A stretch of 64,000 nt of DNA from Candidatus Aenigmatarchaeota archaeon (GCA_016198755.1 JACQIB010000003.1:1-64000), one strand, 5' to 3'; shown: positions 38,286 to 47,397, numbered from the stretch's first letter. Notes: generated by a model not told the origin, from the sequence alone. Numbers and translations are program-made.

Positions 38286-38807
38286 TTATCCCACCTTCGG
38301 AGATTCTATTATGTAGTAAGTACAGTCAGAGTCATTATCCACAACAGCCCAGAGTGCAACAGATTTTATATTTTGTGCAAGTTTTATTGCTTTCCCAAGC
38401 TGCTCTAAAGCACATGGATAATCTTCTGCTGAAGTAAAAACAATCCATTTCACTGTTTCAGCTTTCCCAGGTTTTGCACCACGTTCATAAACCCTGAAAT
38501 CACATCCCTTAAATCCTGTTCTCACTGCTAATCCACGTTCCCTCAGGTCTTTGTATACTGAATAACGGGCCATGAAATGCTCGTCCCTTTCAGAACAATA
38601 ATTCAGAATTTCTTTCAAAGAAAGTTTTTGCTCTCCTATAACTACCTCTAGCTTTCCCCTCTCCAAAAGAGCTGCTGCTTCTATCTGGTCCAGTTCAAAT
38701 CCACTTCCAAGCGGATTACCATACCAGCCTGTTTCGTATAGCTCCTTTGCTTCGGGGCCTTCAACAACAACTTTGTCATTTTCCAGCTTTCCCGTCAGCA
38801 TATTCAA
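38286..38807 (-). CDS. endA: tRNA splicing endonuclease, structural (beta) subunit
   Basis: Paralogue with VYKDLRERG, CDFRVY, no catalytic His, acidic loop DNDSD; likely ATG start at 38801. Confidence 0.88.
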   Translation of the reverse strand: MNMLTGKLENDKVVVEGPEAKELYETGWYGNPLGSGFELDQIEAAALLERGKLEVVIGEQKLSLKEILNYCSERDEHFMARYSVYKDLRERGLAVRTGFKGCDFRVYERGAKPGKAETVKWIVFTSAEDYPCALEQLGKAIKLAQNIKSVALWAVVDNDSDCTYYIIESPKVG

Positions 38808-38887
38808 CAGAATCCTTTCTTCCCAATTCTTTTTAAACCTTCCCTTTCCGAAGCGTGTTTAAATCCTTTACATTCCAAACTCTGCAT

Positions 38888-39160
38888 ATGAAGATATTTG
38901 TTTTATTTACAGCCTTTTCCATTGCTCTGATCTTTACCTTGCCAACAGCTTTTGCTCTCAATTTTGAAAATAATGGGAAAATTATTCATAAAGAAATACT
39001 AAAAGCAAAGCTTTCCAAGTCTGTAAAACCAATTAAAACAATAGCCGAGCCAAAAATAATGGCAAAAAAGCTTCCGTATTTCTGTTCAGATGATTTTATA
39101 GCAGGATACCCAAAAGCTGAACTGTTAAGGAAACACTGTTCTATCTTGGCAAAGAAATAA
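38888..39160 (+). CDS. Hypothetical secreted basic protein
   Basis: Signal-peptide-like N-terminus from ATG 38888. Confidence 0.55.
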   Translation: MKIFVLFTAFSIALIFTLPTAFALNFENNGKIIHKEILKAKLSKSVKPIKTIAEPKIMAKKLPYFCSDDFIAGYPKAELLRKHCSILAKK

Positions 39161-39692
39161 CTTTGGAAGCTTTCACTTCACAGTCCCTGCACATTATTTT
39201 CTGCTTTTTATCCACGTCCCCAGCAGAAGGAGACGGGCTCATTACGCAGGTAGGTCTAAAGCAATGTTCCAATCCCAATTGATGGCCTAAAGTATGTACA
39301 GCTTCTTTTGTAACCCTTTCTCCAAGAAGGTAAAGGTTTATTCCCTGTCCATAGAATTCTGTTCTCAATCTTGCCATGGAAATAATGGAAACAGAATAAA
39401 CAGGATCTTCAACAGCAAATGCAAAGTTCATTTTGTCTGCATACAAGTCCGCATCTGTTATAAAAAGTGCAGGCAAATCTCTGTCTATATACTGTGCAAC
39501 TTGGTTCTTGCAAAGCAAATCAATCATTTTATCTGCATCATGCTGCCTTCTCAGAGCATTATAAGATTCCTTAGGAACAACAAGATTTTCCATAACTCTG
39601 GTTTTAATTCCCAGTGTATTTTCTATTCCCCCGGAAACTTCTTTCAAAAGCTTTTCTGAAACAGTCCCTACAGGTATTATCCTAACAAGCAT
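39141..39692 (-). CDS. Archaemetzincin-like protein (catalytic Glu replaced by Thr)
   Basis: ITDADLY, SMARL, KEAVHTLGHQLGLEHC..CVM..C..C; start moved to ATG 39692 to avoid the tRNA. Confidence 0.88.
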   Translation of the reverse strand: MLVRIIPVGTVSEKLLKEVSGGIENTLGIKTRVMENLVVPKESYNALRRQHDADKMIDLLCKNQVAQYIDRDLPALFITDADLYADKMNFAFAVEDPVYSVSIISMARLRTEFYGQGINLYLLGERVTKEAVHTLGHQLGLEHCFRPTCVMSPSPSAGDVDKKQKIMCRDCEVKASKVISLPR

Positions 39693-39727
39693 GGATAAAA
39701 TTAGTTTCGCAAGCTTAAAAGTTAGAG

Positions 39728-39856
39728 TGGTGGGGCAGGCGTGATTTGAACACGCGACATTCCGCACTGCACACAATAGGTATGCAGTTCCACGGTCTTC
39801 AGCCGTTTAAGCCTCTTTAATTAAGAGTGTGCTCTCCCGAGCTGAGCTACTGCCCC
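39728..39856 (-). tRNA. tRNA-Phe(GAA) with two introns: 27/28 (39807-39828, 22 nt) and 44/45 (39760-39789, 30 nt)
   Basis: Acceptor GGGGCAG/CTGCCCC, anticodon stem CACGG/CCGTG after splicing, loop CTGAAGA, CCA; helices GAGC/GCTT and CCGT/GCGG with AA|N bulges. Confidence 0.92.
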
Positions 39857-39888
39857 TCACACAGAAATAAAGAATACGATTATTTAAA

Positions 39889-40467
39889 TCAATGGCTGCG
39901 GAGCCAGTTGTCTATCATTATAACAGCATAGTGGAAAACAGGATCTGGACTGAGATTGTCTGTGTGCAGAATAATATCGAATGGCTTCAGGTCTCTGCCG
40001 AAGGCAATACCGTATATTTTCTTGTAAATTGCATAGTTCTTTTCGTCCCTTGCTTTCAGCTTTTTAACAGCCGAAGCTATGCTTGTTTTATCCCTCTTTA
40101 CCATTCTTTGGGCTCTAACTAAATCAGAAGCAGTAACCCACAGCTTTATTGCCTTTCCATGGAAAAGCCATGGCATTGTCCAGCTGCTCATAACACAATT
40201 ACCTTTTTTTGCAAGGGAAATAATGTACTTATCAAAAGCTTTGTCTATGCTTGAATCATGCTTCCTTATTTCAGCAAACTTTAATCCTTCTGTGGTTTCC
40301 CACCAGTCCTTTCCTCCAGGCTTAAATCCGTAGCGCCGAGAGAACTCTTTAAGCAAATCTCCTGTATTGTAGTGCTTTATTTTATAATGTTTTGAAAGCT
40401 GCTCAGCAAGAGTTGTTTTTCCGGAAACAGGAGGTCCGCAGACAATTATAGTAGGTATTTTTCCCAT
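39889..40467 (-). CDS. cmk: Cytidylate kinase (archaeal type)
   Basis: GPPVSGKTT, RAQRMVKRD, YKKIYGI. Confidence 0.88.
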   Translation of the reverse strand: MGKIPTIIVCGPPVSGKTTLAEQLSKHYKIKHYNTGDLLKEFSRRYGFKPGGKDWWETTEGLKFAEIRKHDSSIDKAFDKYIISLAKKGNCVMSSWTMPWLFHGKAIKLWVTASDLVRAQRMVKRDKTSIASAVKKLKARDEKNYAIYKKIYGIAFGRDLKPFDIILHTDNLSPDPVFHYAVIMIDNWLRSH

Positions 40468-40503
40468 TCTAGGATTAAGTGCATAAGCAGAATATAAGGT
40501 TTT

Positions 40504-41343
40504 CTATTCAACAAAACCTTCAGCTTCAAGCCATCCTGTAACACCTTTGTAAAATTTTGTCCATGCATCGCTGCGCATGAAAGCATCCCTAAAACTTTCT
40601 CTCTTCCTCCTTTCCACATTAGCTGAATTGTCAACCACAACAGTTGCAACCCTTTCCAGTTCCACTCTAAAGTCTTCAATCCCATAGAACCTCCCATACC
40701 TTGCAATATCCTCAGAGTCTCTTTTTACTGTAATTAGCGTTGCTTCTTCAGGAGTAATGTTAGGCAATCTTTTACTTTTCCTTTCCCTGTTTTCTGGCCT
40801 GTTATCATCCATAGAAATCCTCTGTCCAATTATACCAACATCAGGAACCTTTACCAATGTTCTTAATCCCCATCTACCTGCAACAAGCGGAGCTAATCTG
40901 CCATCAAATATTCCTCCCACAGTAATTGCAGTCTGTAAGGTTTTTGTATCTATTTCTTTATCTATCATCTCACCCATTTCAGTGTTTTCTTTACAATATT
41001 CTAAAAATTTCATTAAATCAGTGAAGTGATACCTTTCAGCAGCTTCTCGCATAAACTGCCCTGCAGTTGTTACTGGCAGAACCAGTCCATAATCTGTTTT
41101 TAAACAATATTGCAGAGTTCCAACAAATCCACCCTTTCCACAGCCTGAAGTACCCCCAATTGTTATAACAGGGTTTTCTGGAACATAGAGTCCAGCATCT
41201 CTACCCTGAGCCAGTCTGTCTCTGTACCTTTTTTCTTCTAACCCAGTTACCCTTCTCCCAAAAAATAATCTCTCATCAGTCTCCAAATTCCTGATAAATG
41301 TTCTTGGAAGCCCCAAATCAATGCCAGTACCCATAAAAACCAT
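40504..41343 (-). CDS. Divergent cytidylate-kinase-like protein
   Basis: GGTSGCGKG, AGQFMRE, DGRLA, RDSEDIARYGRFYGI. Confidence 0.75.
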   Translation of the reverse strand: MVFMGTGIDLGLPRTFIRNLETDERLFFGRRVTGLEEKRYRDRLAQGRDAGLYVPENPVITIGGTSGCGKGGFVGTLQYCLKTDYGLVLPVTTAGQFMREAAERYHFTDLMKFLEYCKENTEMGEMIDKEIDTKTLQTAITVGGIFDGRLAPLVAGRWGLRTLVKVPDVGIIGQRISMDDNRPENRERKSKRLPNITPEEATLITVKRDSEDIARYGRFYGIEDFRVELERVATVVVDNSANVERRKRESFRDAFMRSDAWTKFYKGVTGWLEAEGFVE

Positions 41344-41380
41344 GTTTAATTGCGCAGCAAAATCTTAAATATCTGTTATT

Positions 41381-42493
41381 TTAGTCCAAAAAGTCCTTGG
41401 CTTTTAGCTTTTCCGGCAGGTATTTTTCAGACACAAAGGAAATCCCTCTGCTTACTAAAGCATCCAACTCAACTTTGCCTTTCATCTGCTTCATAAGTTC
41501 AAATTGCTTCTGCCATTCTTTCTTGTCCTTGAACCATGCGTATTTTGAAATTTCATCTATCCTTTTCAGGTCCACATCCTTGAACCTTATAATATGTTTT
41601 TTAAGTGCGTATTTTTCAATGTCATCTGCTGTGAGCCCAAGGAAGCGGGCTGAAGGAACAGCCAGCCTTTCGGAAGCATGTGCAAGGGAAATAGAGCCGG
41701 TTTTTATAACAGAGTAAATATAGAACCCCCAAGGATCAAAGTCAGTAAGTATGTAAATCGGTAGCTTCTCTTCAGTGTTTAATCGTTGCAGCAGCCTTCT
41801 GATTCCTCGTGTTGCCTGACCCTGTGAGGAAATAATTATACAGTTAAGCTTGTCCCAGATTTCATCTTCATTCAGTCTCTCCCACATTGCAGCCTTTTCC
41901 ATGTAAATAACAAATTTTGCATCTACTTTCTTGAATTCTAAATGTTCTACTCTGCTTGGTATGCTCCATCCTCCAGAACCCTGCTTTGACCAGTCTATTA
42001 AAATTTCCTTCCCTCCAATACCCTTGTCTTTTATTATTACATTTCCTGCAATGGAACCAAGTTTGTTTGCATTTATGTGCAGTTGTTCCCTGCTTATGTC
42101 TGTTATAAGTTCTAAGTCTTCCAGAGCTTTGTTAGATTCTACCTGATCGTCTACAATGTCTATGTTTGTACCAGCTATTGTTCTGCGGATAGCATAGAAA
42201 GCCTGCCTTAAACTCAGGCTTTTATCCACAGTCAAAAGTTCTTTAGCAAGGGCAGCAACTTCAGCTGTCTGTACGAATTTACGAACGTGAGCAACATTAA
42301 AGAAAAATCTTTTAGAGCTTTTTATACCGAGGGAAAGCATTCCTGTTTTTTGGCTGTAATTTACATTTGAAAGTGTTCTGATAGGCACATCCATTGCAGG
42401 ATTTTCCCCCTTCTCAGCCTGCTTTACAAGTCCTTTCCCAAAGTCTACAAGCTTTTTCTTTGATTCTGTATTTTTTTCAGCCATTTTCATCAC
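41381..42493 (-). CDS. top6A: DNA topoisomerase VI subunit A
   Basis: SLRQAFY, DQ.ESN..LEDLE, MEK, TDFDPWG. Confidence 0.97.
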   Translation of the reverse strand: MMKMAEKNTESKKKLVDFGKGLVKQAEKGENPAMDVPIRTLSNVNYSQKTGMLSLGIKSSKRFFFNVAHVRKFVQTAEVAALAKELLTVDKSLSLRQAFYAIRRTIAGTNIDIVDDQVESNKALEDLELITDISREQLHINANKLGSIAGNVIIKDKGIGGKEILIDWSKQGSGGWSIPSRVEHLEFKKVDAKFVIYMEKAAMWERLNEDEIWDKLNCIIISSQGQATRGIRRLLQRLNTEEKLPIYILTDFDPWGFYIYSVIKTGSISLAHASERLAVPSARFLGLTADDIEKYALKKHIIRFKDVDLKRIDEISKYAWFKDKKEWQKQFELMKQMKGKVELDALVSRGISFVSEKYLPEKLKAKDFLD

Positions 42494-44355
42494 TCTGTTT
42501 CTTTTTCAGCCTCTTCTTTATTCTCTTCCGGAGCTTTAACTTCCTCCTCTGTATCAATAATAATGTTACCCTTCTTTAGCATTTTCTCAAGGCAAGATTT
42601 TATCTTTCCTTTATCTTCATCAGAAAGCTTTGCCAAAGCTTCAGCAGCTTCTGGTATATATTTTTCAAACAGGCTCTGGCGCTGTTGCTTTTCCTGCGCC
42701 CTCCTGCGACCAGAAAGGAAACGCTGCAGTTTGCGCGCAGCTTCCTGCAAGGCAAGCCTTATCTCTTTTACAATTTCCGGATATGGGTCTATTGCTTCCT
42801 TTGCTTCAGAAACATAAGGTATCCAGACAGAAGCCATGTGAACCGCTATAACAACAGGTCCAATTGGCATGGAACCCTGTGTATCAATAGCATAATGCCT
42901 CCAGTCTATTTTTTGTATTGCTTTTATTGTGGCGCATGAGCCAGCTTGATATAGCAAAGGAACCCTGTTAGCAAATCTTAATATTTTGGCAGGTTCATTT
43001 TTAGGAAGATCTCCCCCATAAGCAATTGCAACTTCAATCTGGAAGGGGCTTCCCCTGTAAACAGCAGTAGGTCTGCTCACAGTTTCTATGAACTCTGCAT
43101 TGTACATTTTTTTCATTCCGGCAACGAACTTTTCCTCTGTTATTGGTGATAAACAGTCCAGTGGAGGTTTCATGAAATTAAATCCCTTTATAGTTCTCCA
43201 GAGTTTTTCTATTTTATCATGATCAAGCTCATGGGGATTTGAGGAGGGCTTTATTCCGGCAAGTTTGCAGACTTGTTCAGCGGTCTGCGGACCTACACGG
43301 CAAAAATCATTTGTAAGAAAACCGGAAGTTGTTCTGGATATAGTAAGCTTTGACATCCTCTCCAGCATTCCCATCTCCACTCCATGTGGGTGTGGTTTCA
43401 GTGGCTTTGATTGTACAGGAAGCTCATTTACAACCCTGTCAATAACTATTGTGTTTCCTTCAGGGTCCGTATAGGTTATTTTTGCAAATGGGTTAACAAC
43501 AACAGTCTGTTTCAAATATTCCTCCACAGAATGGAAGCGCTGCATATACTTTCCTTCTATTTCCAGTTCAACCCTTACACCATGTTCCTTTATACCTTCT
43601 TTCAATGCTTTTTCTTCCAGTATTATAGGCTCGTTTTTTGTTGTGTCTATTCTCAGTTCATAATAATAGACAGGTTTTTTATCAGATATGCGGGACCATA
43701 TGCGCGCAGGTTTTCCAGTTGTTAATTGGGCATACAAAAGAGCTGCCGAAATTCCAATCCCCTGCTGTCCTCTACCCTGTCTACCGCCAGCGAATTTACT
43801 CCCGTACAAGAGCTTCCCGAAAACTTTTGGTATATTTTCCTTTACAATTCCAGGACCATTATCCTCAACAAATACAATAAACCTGTCAGCAGGGATTTTG
43901 TTTATTTTTAATTCTGTTCTCCCCCTCAGAAATTCATAAACCTCTTCTTTTTCCTTTTTATGTATTTTGAACTTGTAGTTTGTTTCCCCAAGAGTAAACA
44001 AAAACACCCTTTCCCTGTCCCTTTCTTTTACTTCTGTTGGTTTTGTTTTTTCTTCCCCAACAATTAAAAGTGTATTTCCATTTTCAATTACAACCCTTCC
44101 AAATTCTGTTCCATCCTCAAGCAGAACCCTGAAAATTTCCCTAGGAAGCTTTACTCCAACCTTTATTTCAGGCAAAATCCTTGCATCCTCTGCAGCATCT
44201 AAAGAGTTGTCTACAGCTTCTTTCACAACCATTAACAGGGCTTTAGCTGGATTATCAAACCCAAGCAAATGCCTGTTTTTCTCAAAAAACTCTGCAATAG
44301 ATATATCGCGCATTTTCCCTGCAAGCTCTTCCGCTGTTTTTCCTTTCTCTGCCAA
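42490..44355 (-). CDS. top6B: DNA topoisomerase VI subunit B with an insertion of about 80 aa
   Basis: AEFFEKN, KEAVDNSLDA, EDNGPG, RGQQGIGIS, RFANRVPL. Confidence 0.97.
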   Translation of the reverse strand: MAEKGKTAEELAGKMRDISIAEFFEKNRHLLGFDNPAKALLMVVKEAVDNSLDAAEDARILPEIKVGVKLPREIFRVLLEDGTEFGRVVIENGNTLLIVGEEKTKPTEVKERDRERVFLFTLGETNYKFKIHKKEKEEVYEFLRGRTELKINKIPADRFIVFVEDNGPGIVKENIPKVFGKLLYGSKFAGGRQGRGQQGIGISAALLYAQLTTGKPARIWSRISDKKPVYYYELRIDTTKNEPIILEEKALKEGIKEHGVRVELEIEGKYMQRFHSVEEYLKQTVVVNPFAKITYTDPEGNTIVIDRVVNELPVQSKPLKPHPHGVEMGMLERMSKLTISRTTSGFLTNDFCRVGPQTAEQVCKLAGIKPSSNPHELDHDKIEKLWRTIKGFNFMKPPLDCLSPITEEKFVAGMKKMYNAEFIETVSRPTAVYRGSPFQIEVAIAYGGDLPKNEPAKILRFANRVPLLYQAGSCATIKAIQKIDWRHYAIDTQGSMPIGPVVIAVHMASVWIPYVSEAKEAIDPYPEIVKEIRLALQEAARKLQRFLSGRRRAQEKQQRQSLFEKYIPEAAEALAKLSDEDKGKIKSCLEKMLKKGNIIIDTEEEVKAPEENKEEAEKETE

Positions 44356-44402
44356 AAAATCACCAAAACTTCTTTCCCTTTATTTTCTGCCCAGCCCACT
44401 AC

Positions 44403-44888
44403 TTAAAGCTTTAGATGTTCTAGGAATCTATATACTGTAGAGTGCATAGAGCCCTGTATAATCATTTGCACAGCTTCTCTCGCATTTTTTATCTGTTCAA
44501 ATGTTCCAATAAGTGATACAGTATCCCCATAAACAGAGAGAGAAACTCCTGTAAATTCCTCTATAAGTTCCCTTGTCCTACCAGCCCTTCCAATAATCCT
44601 CCCTTTAACAACTTCCCTCCTCCTCTCTGAAAGCTCTCCTAAATCCAGTATATCCAACTGTTGTTCAGGGTCCAAAAGGCGGAATGCTTTCTGAGGAGAA
44701 AATCCACGTCCAATAGCATGTATTATGTTTTTCACCTGAAAAAGCTCAAACCCTTCCCCATCCAATATAACAGCATTCCCATCAATCTTAACCTTTACTT
44801 TTATCTCAGCTTCAATTTTTTCTCTTATCTTTGTATTTACAACCCCTATCCTGTCCTTGGGAACCAAAATGGAACTAATCATTTTCAA
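44403..44888 (-). CDS. KH-domain rRNA processing protein (Dim2/Pno1)
   Basis: AIGRGFSP, KGRIIGRAG.TR, GSMHSTVY. Confidence 0.92.
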   Translation of the reverse strand: MKMISSILVPKDRIGVVNTKIREKIEAEIKVKVKIDGNAVILDGEGFELFQVKNIIHAIGRGFSPQKAFRLLDPEQQLDILDLGELSERRREVVKGRIIGRAGRTRELIEEFTGVSLSVYGDTVSLIGTFEQIKNAREAVQMIIQGSMHSTVYRFLEHLKL

Positions 44889-45627
44889 TCACACTCATTG
44901 CCTCGGTTTCTTCACAGTCTACACCAAGCTTTCTAAAAAAGCTGCACACATTTTTAACATCTCTTTCTAAAAATTCATGGGCATCCGGATGGGATAACAA
45001 AACACCTTGAGACAGGTCTATAATATACGGTTTTCCCTCCCAGTAAAGCATATTGTATTCTGAAAGGTCCCCATGCACAATACCAGCCATATTCATCTTT
45101 TTCATTTGTTCCAGCACAGATTTGAACAGCTCTTTCCAGTCTAAATCAGAATGTATGCAGTCAGATAGCCTTGGTGCAGGTGTTGGGTAAGAGCCAATAA
45201 ACCTTTCAACAAGTACATTGTTCTGGAAAGCCAGTGGCTCAGGGCAGTTAACACCCTTTCCAAAAGCAAGCTTCAGGTTGCTAAATTCCTTCCTGCACCA
45301 TGCAAAAATAACAGAGCGCCTGTCTCTCTTTATCTTTGAAAATCTCTTATCCCCGAAAATATAGGTTTCCATACGTTTGAATTTTGTTGCATTCACAGCA
45401 TACACTTTTATGGCAACTGAACCATCAGATCCAACTCCAGCAAGAACAATACTCTCCTTTCCCTCTTTTGCAACACCTCCTATATCCTTTACAAACCCCT
45501 TTTTCATGAGTTTATTTATAGAAAGTATTGTACTCTCATCAAATATCCCAGACCAGGATTTCCTTGCTTCTGACAGGTCTATTCTTTTGTCAAATGCCTT
45601 TGCCATAGCCTGCTTTGTATGCTGCAC
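44875..45627 (-). CDS. rio1: RIO1 family serine kinase
   Basis: GKES, AIKVY, W..KEF.NL, VHGDLSEYN, IDLSQ. Confidence 0.95.
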   Translation of the reverse strand: MQHTKQAMAKAFDKRIDLSEARKSWSGIFDESTILSINKLMKKGFVKDIGGVAKEGKESIVLAGVGSDGSVAIKVYAVNATKFKRMETYIFGDKRFSKIKRDRRSVIFAWCRKEFSNLKLAFGKGVNCPEPLAFQNNVLVERFIGSYPTPAPRLSDCIHSDLDWKELFKSVLEQMKKMNMAGIVHGDLSEYNMLYWEGKPYIIDLSQGVLLSHPDAHEFLERDVKNVCSFFRKLGVDCEETEAMSVIEND

Positions 45628-45641
45628 TTTATAATGCTTTA

Positions 45642-46439
45642 TTATTTCTTTTTCTTGTTATCTTCCTTTTTTTCAGGTGTTTTTGCAGCTTTCTTTTTTA
45701 TTACAAATCCAAGAACAAACCCTGCTATTGTAACTAAAACTCCAGCGAAAAATACAATCTGGAAGTTAAAAGTCATAAGTCCTATTACCTTATCCAAAAA
45801 TGTCGAAACAACATTCCCGAGAGGACCCTCAATAGTTGGTACAAGAAGCTTTAGGCTCCCAACCAAAAAGAACGGAATTCCATCTATAATCAATGTTATG
45901 CCAAGAGCTTTCAGTCTTCCATCCCAGGTTTCAGCAGCACCAACCACTAACAACGCAAAAATTATTGAAAGTGCAACAGTAATTCCCATAGTGTTTTTGA
46001 AGAATGTGTTTGAAGAGCTTGAGAGGAAAAGCAGGCCGCCTCCTGTCTCACCCGAGCTAACACAAGTCATGAAATCACATCCATAATCCTTGTAGTAGGT
46101 TTTTTGGAACAATGCTCCAACAGCATTATCTAAAATAGTTTCTTCCGTACTGTTGCTAATCACAGAACACTCAAGAGAAAGTTCCTGCCCATCCAACGGC
46201 AGCTTTATTGAACCTTCCGGATTTTTATCACACTGAAACTTAAGTGCTTTGTAAAAGATTGATATTTTGCTCTGGTCTGCAAGCTGCGGCAAAGAACCCT
46301 TCAAAGTTTCAGTTAATACAGGTTTTAGTGAAGTAAAGTCTGTTATTTGAGTTAGAACAGAAAGTATAATAGTTGAAATTACAGCAGCAGACATTAACAG
46401 AATCCCAACAGCAACTCCAAATTTTCTAAGCAAAGACAT
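45642..46439 (-). CDS. Hypothetical membrane protein with Cys-containing extracellular loop
   Basis: N-terminal TM, about 130-aa loop, 3 C-terminal TMs, basic tail; ATG 46439 chosen. Confidence 0.7.
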   Translation of the reverse strand: MSLLRKFGVAVGILLMSAAVISTIILSVLTQITDFTSLKPVLTETLKGSLPQLADQSKISIFYKALKFQCDKNPEGSIKLPLDGQELSLECSVISNSTEETILDNAVGALFQKTYYKDYGCDFMTCVSSGETGGGLLFLSSSSNTFFKNTMGITVALSIIFALLVVGAAETWDGRLKALGITLIIDGIPFFLVGSLKLLVPTIEGPLGNVVSTFLDKVIGLMTFNFQIVFFAGVLVTIAGFVLGFVIKKKAAKTPEKKEDNKKKK

Positions 46440-46614
46440 GTTCAATATTGTCTCTTCCAGTATAAAAACTCTCGCCCAGTGTTTTACACCTTCTTTAGGC
46501 AAATACTGTCATTTTATAGCTTTATTGACAAAAATGAAATAAAATACGTCAAACGACGAATTAAAAGATAGGTTTATATGGAGGCCATACTATAATGGGA
46601 GAAGTGACTTTAAA

Positions 46615-46767
46615 ATGAAGTGCGATATTTGCTCTTCCTCGTTGAGCACACAAAACATAGGGTATGTCAAAGTTCTAAGTAAAAGGGAGAAAATATTTGA
46701 ATGTAGGCGCTGCCACAGTAGAAAAAGGGCTAAGATGAAGAAGCCTACTAGCTTATGGGTCTTTTAA
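46615..46767 (+). CDS. Small basic zinc-finger protein (50 aa), absent from the ORF track
   Basis: MKCDICSSSLSTQNIGYVKVLSKREKIFECRRCHSRKRAKMKKPTSLWVF; TTTATA upstream. Confidence 0.6.
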   Translation: MKCDICSSSLSTQNIGYVKVLSKREKIFECRRCHSRKRAKMKKPTSLWVF

Positions 46768-46815
46768 TTTCGTTTAAACCCATAAAACAAGCTCCTTTAA
46801 CTTAGTTAAGCTTAT

Positions 46816-46962
46816 TTAACCAGACCTTGATAACTTATGCTTCTTGATATACTGCCAGATCTTTTTTGTCATCTCTGAAGGGGAAGCTGGTCCCTTTCCT
46901 ATTATTTTTGCCAAATTTTCATCTGGTACAATCCTGAATCCGCCAAAAGGCTTTTTTGCCAC
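46816..46962 (-). CDS. Stand-alone truncated SWIB/MDM2-domain protein (48 aa), absent from the ORF track
   Basis: GGAGGTGA SD then GTG; MAKKPFGGFRIVPDENLAKIIGKGPASPSEMTKKIWQYIKKHKLSRSG. Confidence 0.8.
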   Translation of the reverse strand: MAKKPFGGFRIVPDENLAKIIGKGPASPSEMTKKIWQYIKKHKLSRSG

Positions 46963-47111
46963 TCTTTTCACCTCCTATCTATCTTTTCTCTCTATATTTA
47001 TTGTTTATCCAGAATATAAAGCTAACAAGAATTTAATTAGGAGAACAAAATGATTTTAATATAATAGGCATGTTTTACAATCCTATTTTTAAAAAACTAG
47101 GCAGAAACAGC

Positions 47112-47393
47112 TTATCTTGTTTCAAGAACCCTTATAATATGCCATCCAAACTCAGTTTTAACAGGATTGCTGGTTTCTCCCTTTTCCATAGTAAAGGCAG
47201 TATTCTCAAATGGTTTTACCATCATGCCCCTTCCAAACCATCCCAAATCTCCTCCCTTTCTCTTAGAAGGGCACAAAGAAACTTTCATTGCCAATTCCCC
47301 AAAGTTTGCACCTGTTTTCAACTGTTCTAAAACCTTTTTAGCTTCCTCTTCAGTTTTTACTAGTATATGCACTGCATGCACTTGGCTTACCAT
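47112..47393 (-). CDS. ppiC: Parvulin-type peptidyl-prolyl isomerase
   Basis: HILVK, CPS...GGDLG.F.RG.MV.PFE, TEFGWHII. Confidence 0.95.
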   Translation of the reverse strand: MVSQVHAVHILVKTEEEAKKVLEQLKTGANFGELAMKVSLCPSKRKGGDLGWFGRGMMVKPFENTAFTMEKGETSNPVKTEFGWHIIRVLETR

Positions 47394-47397
47394 ACAA

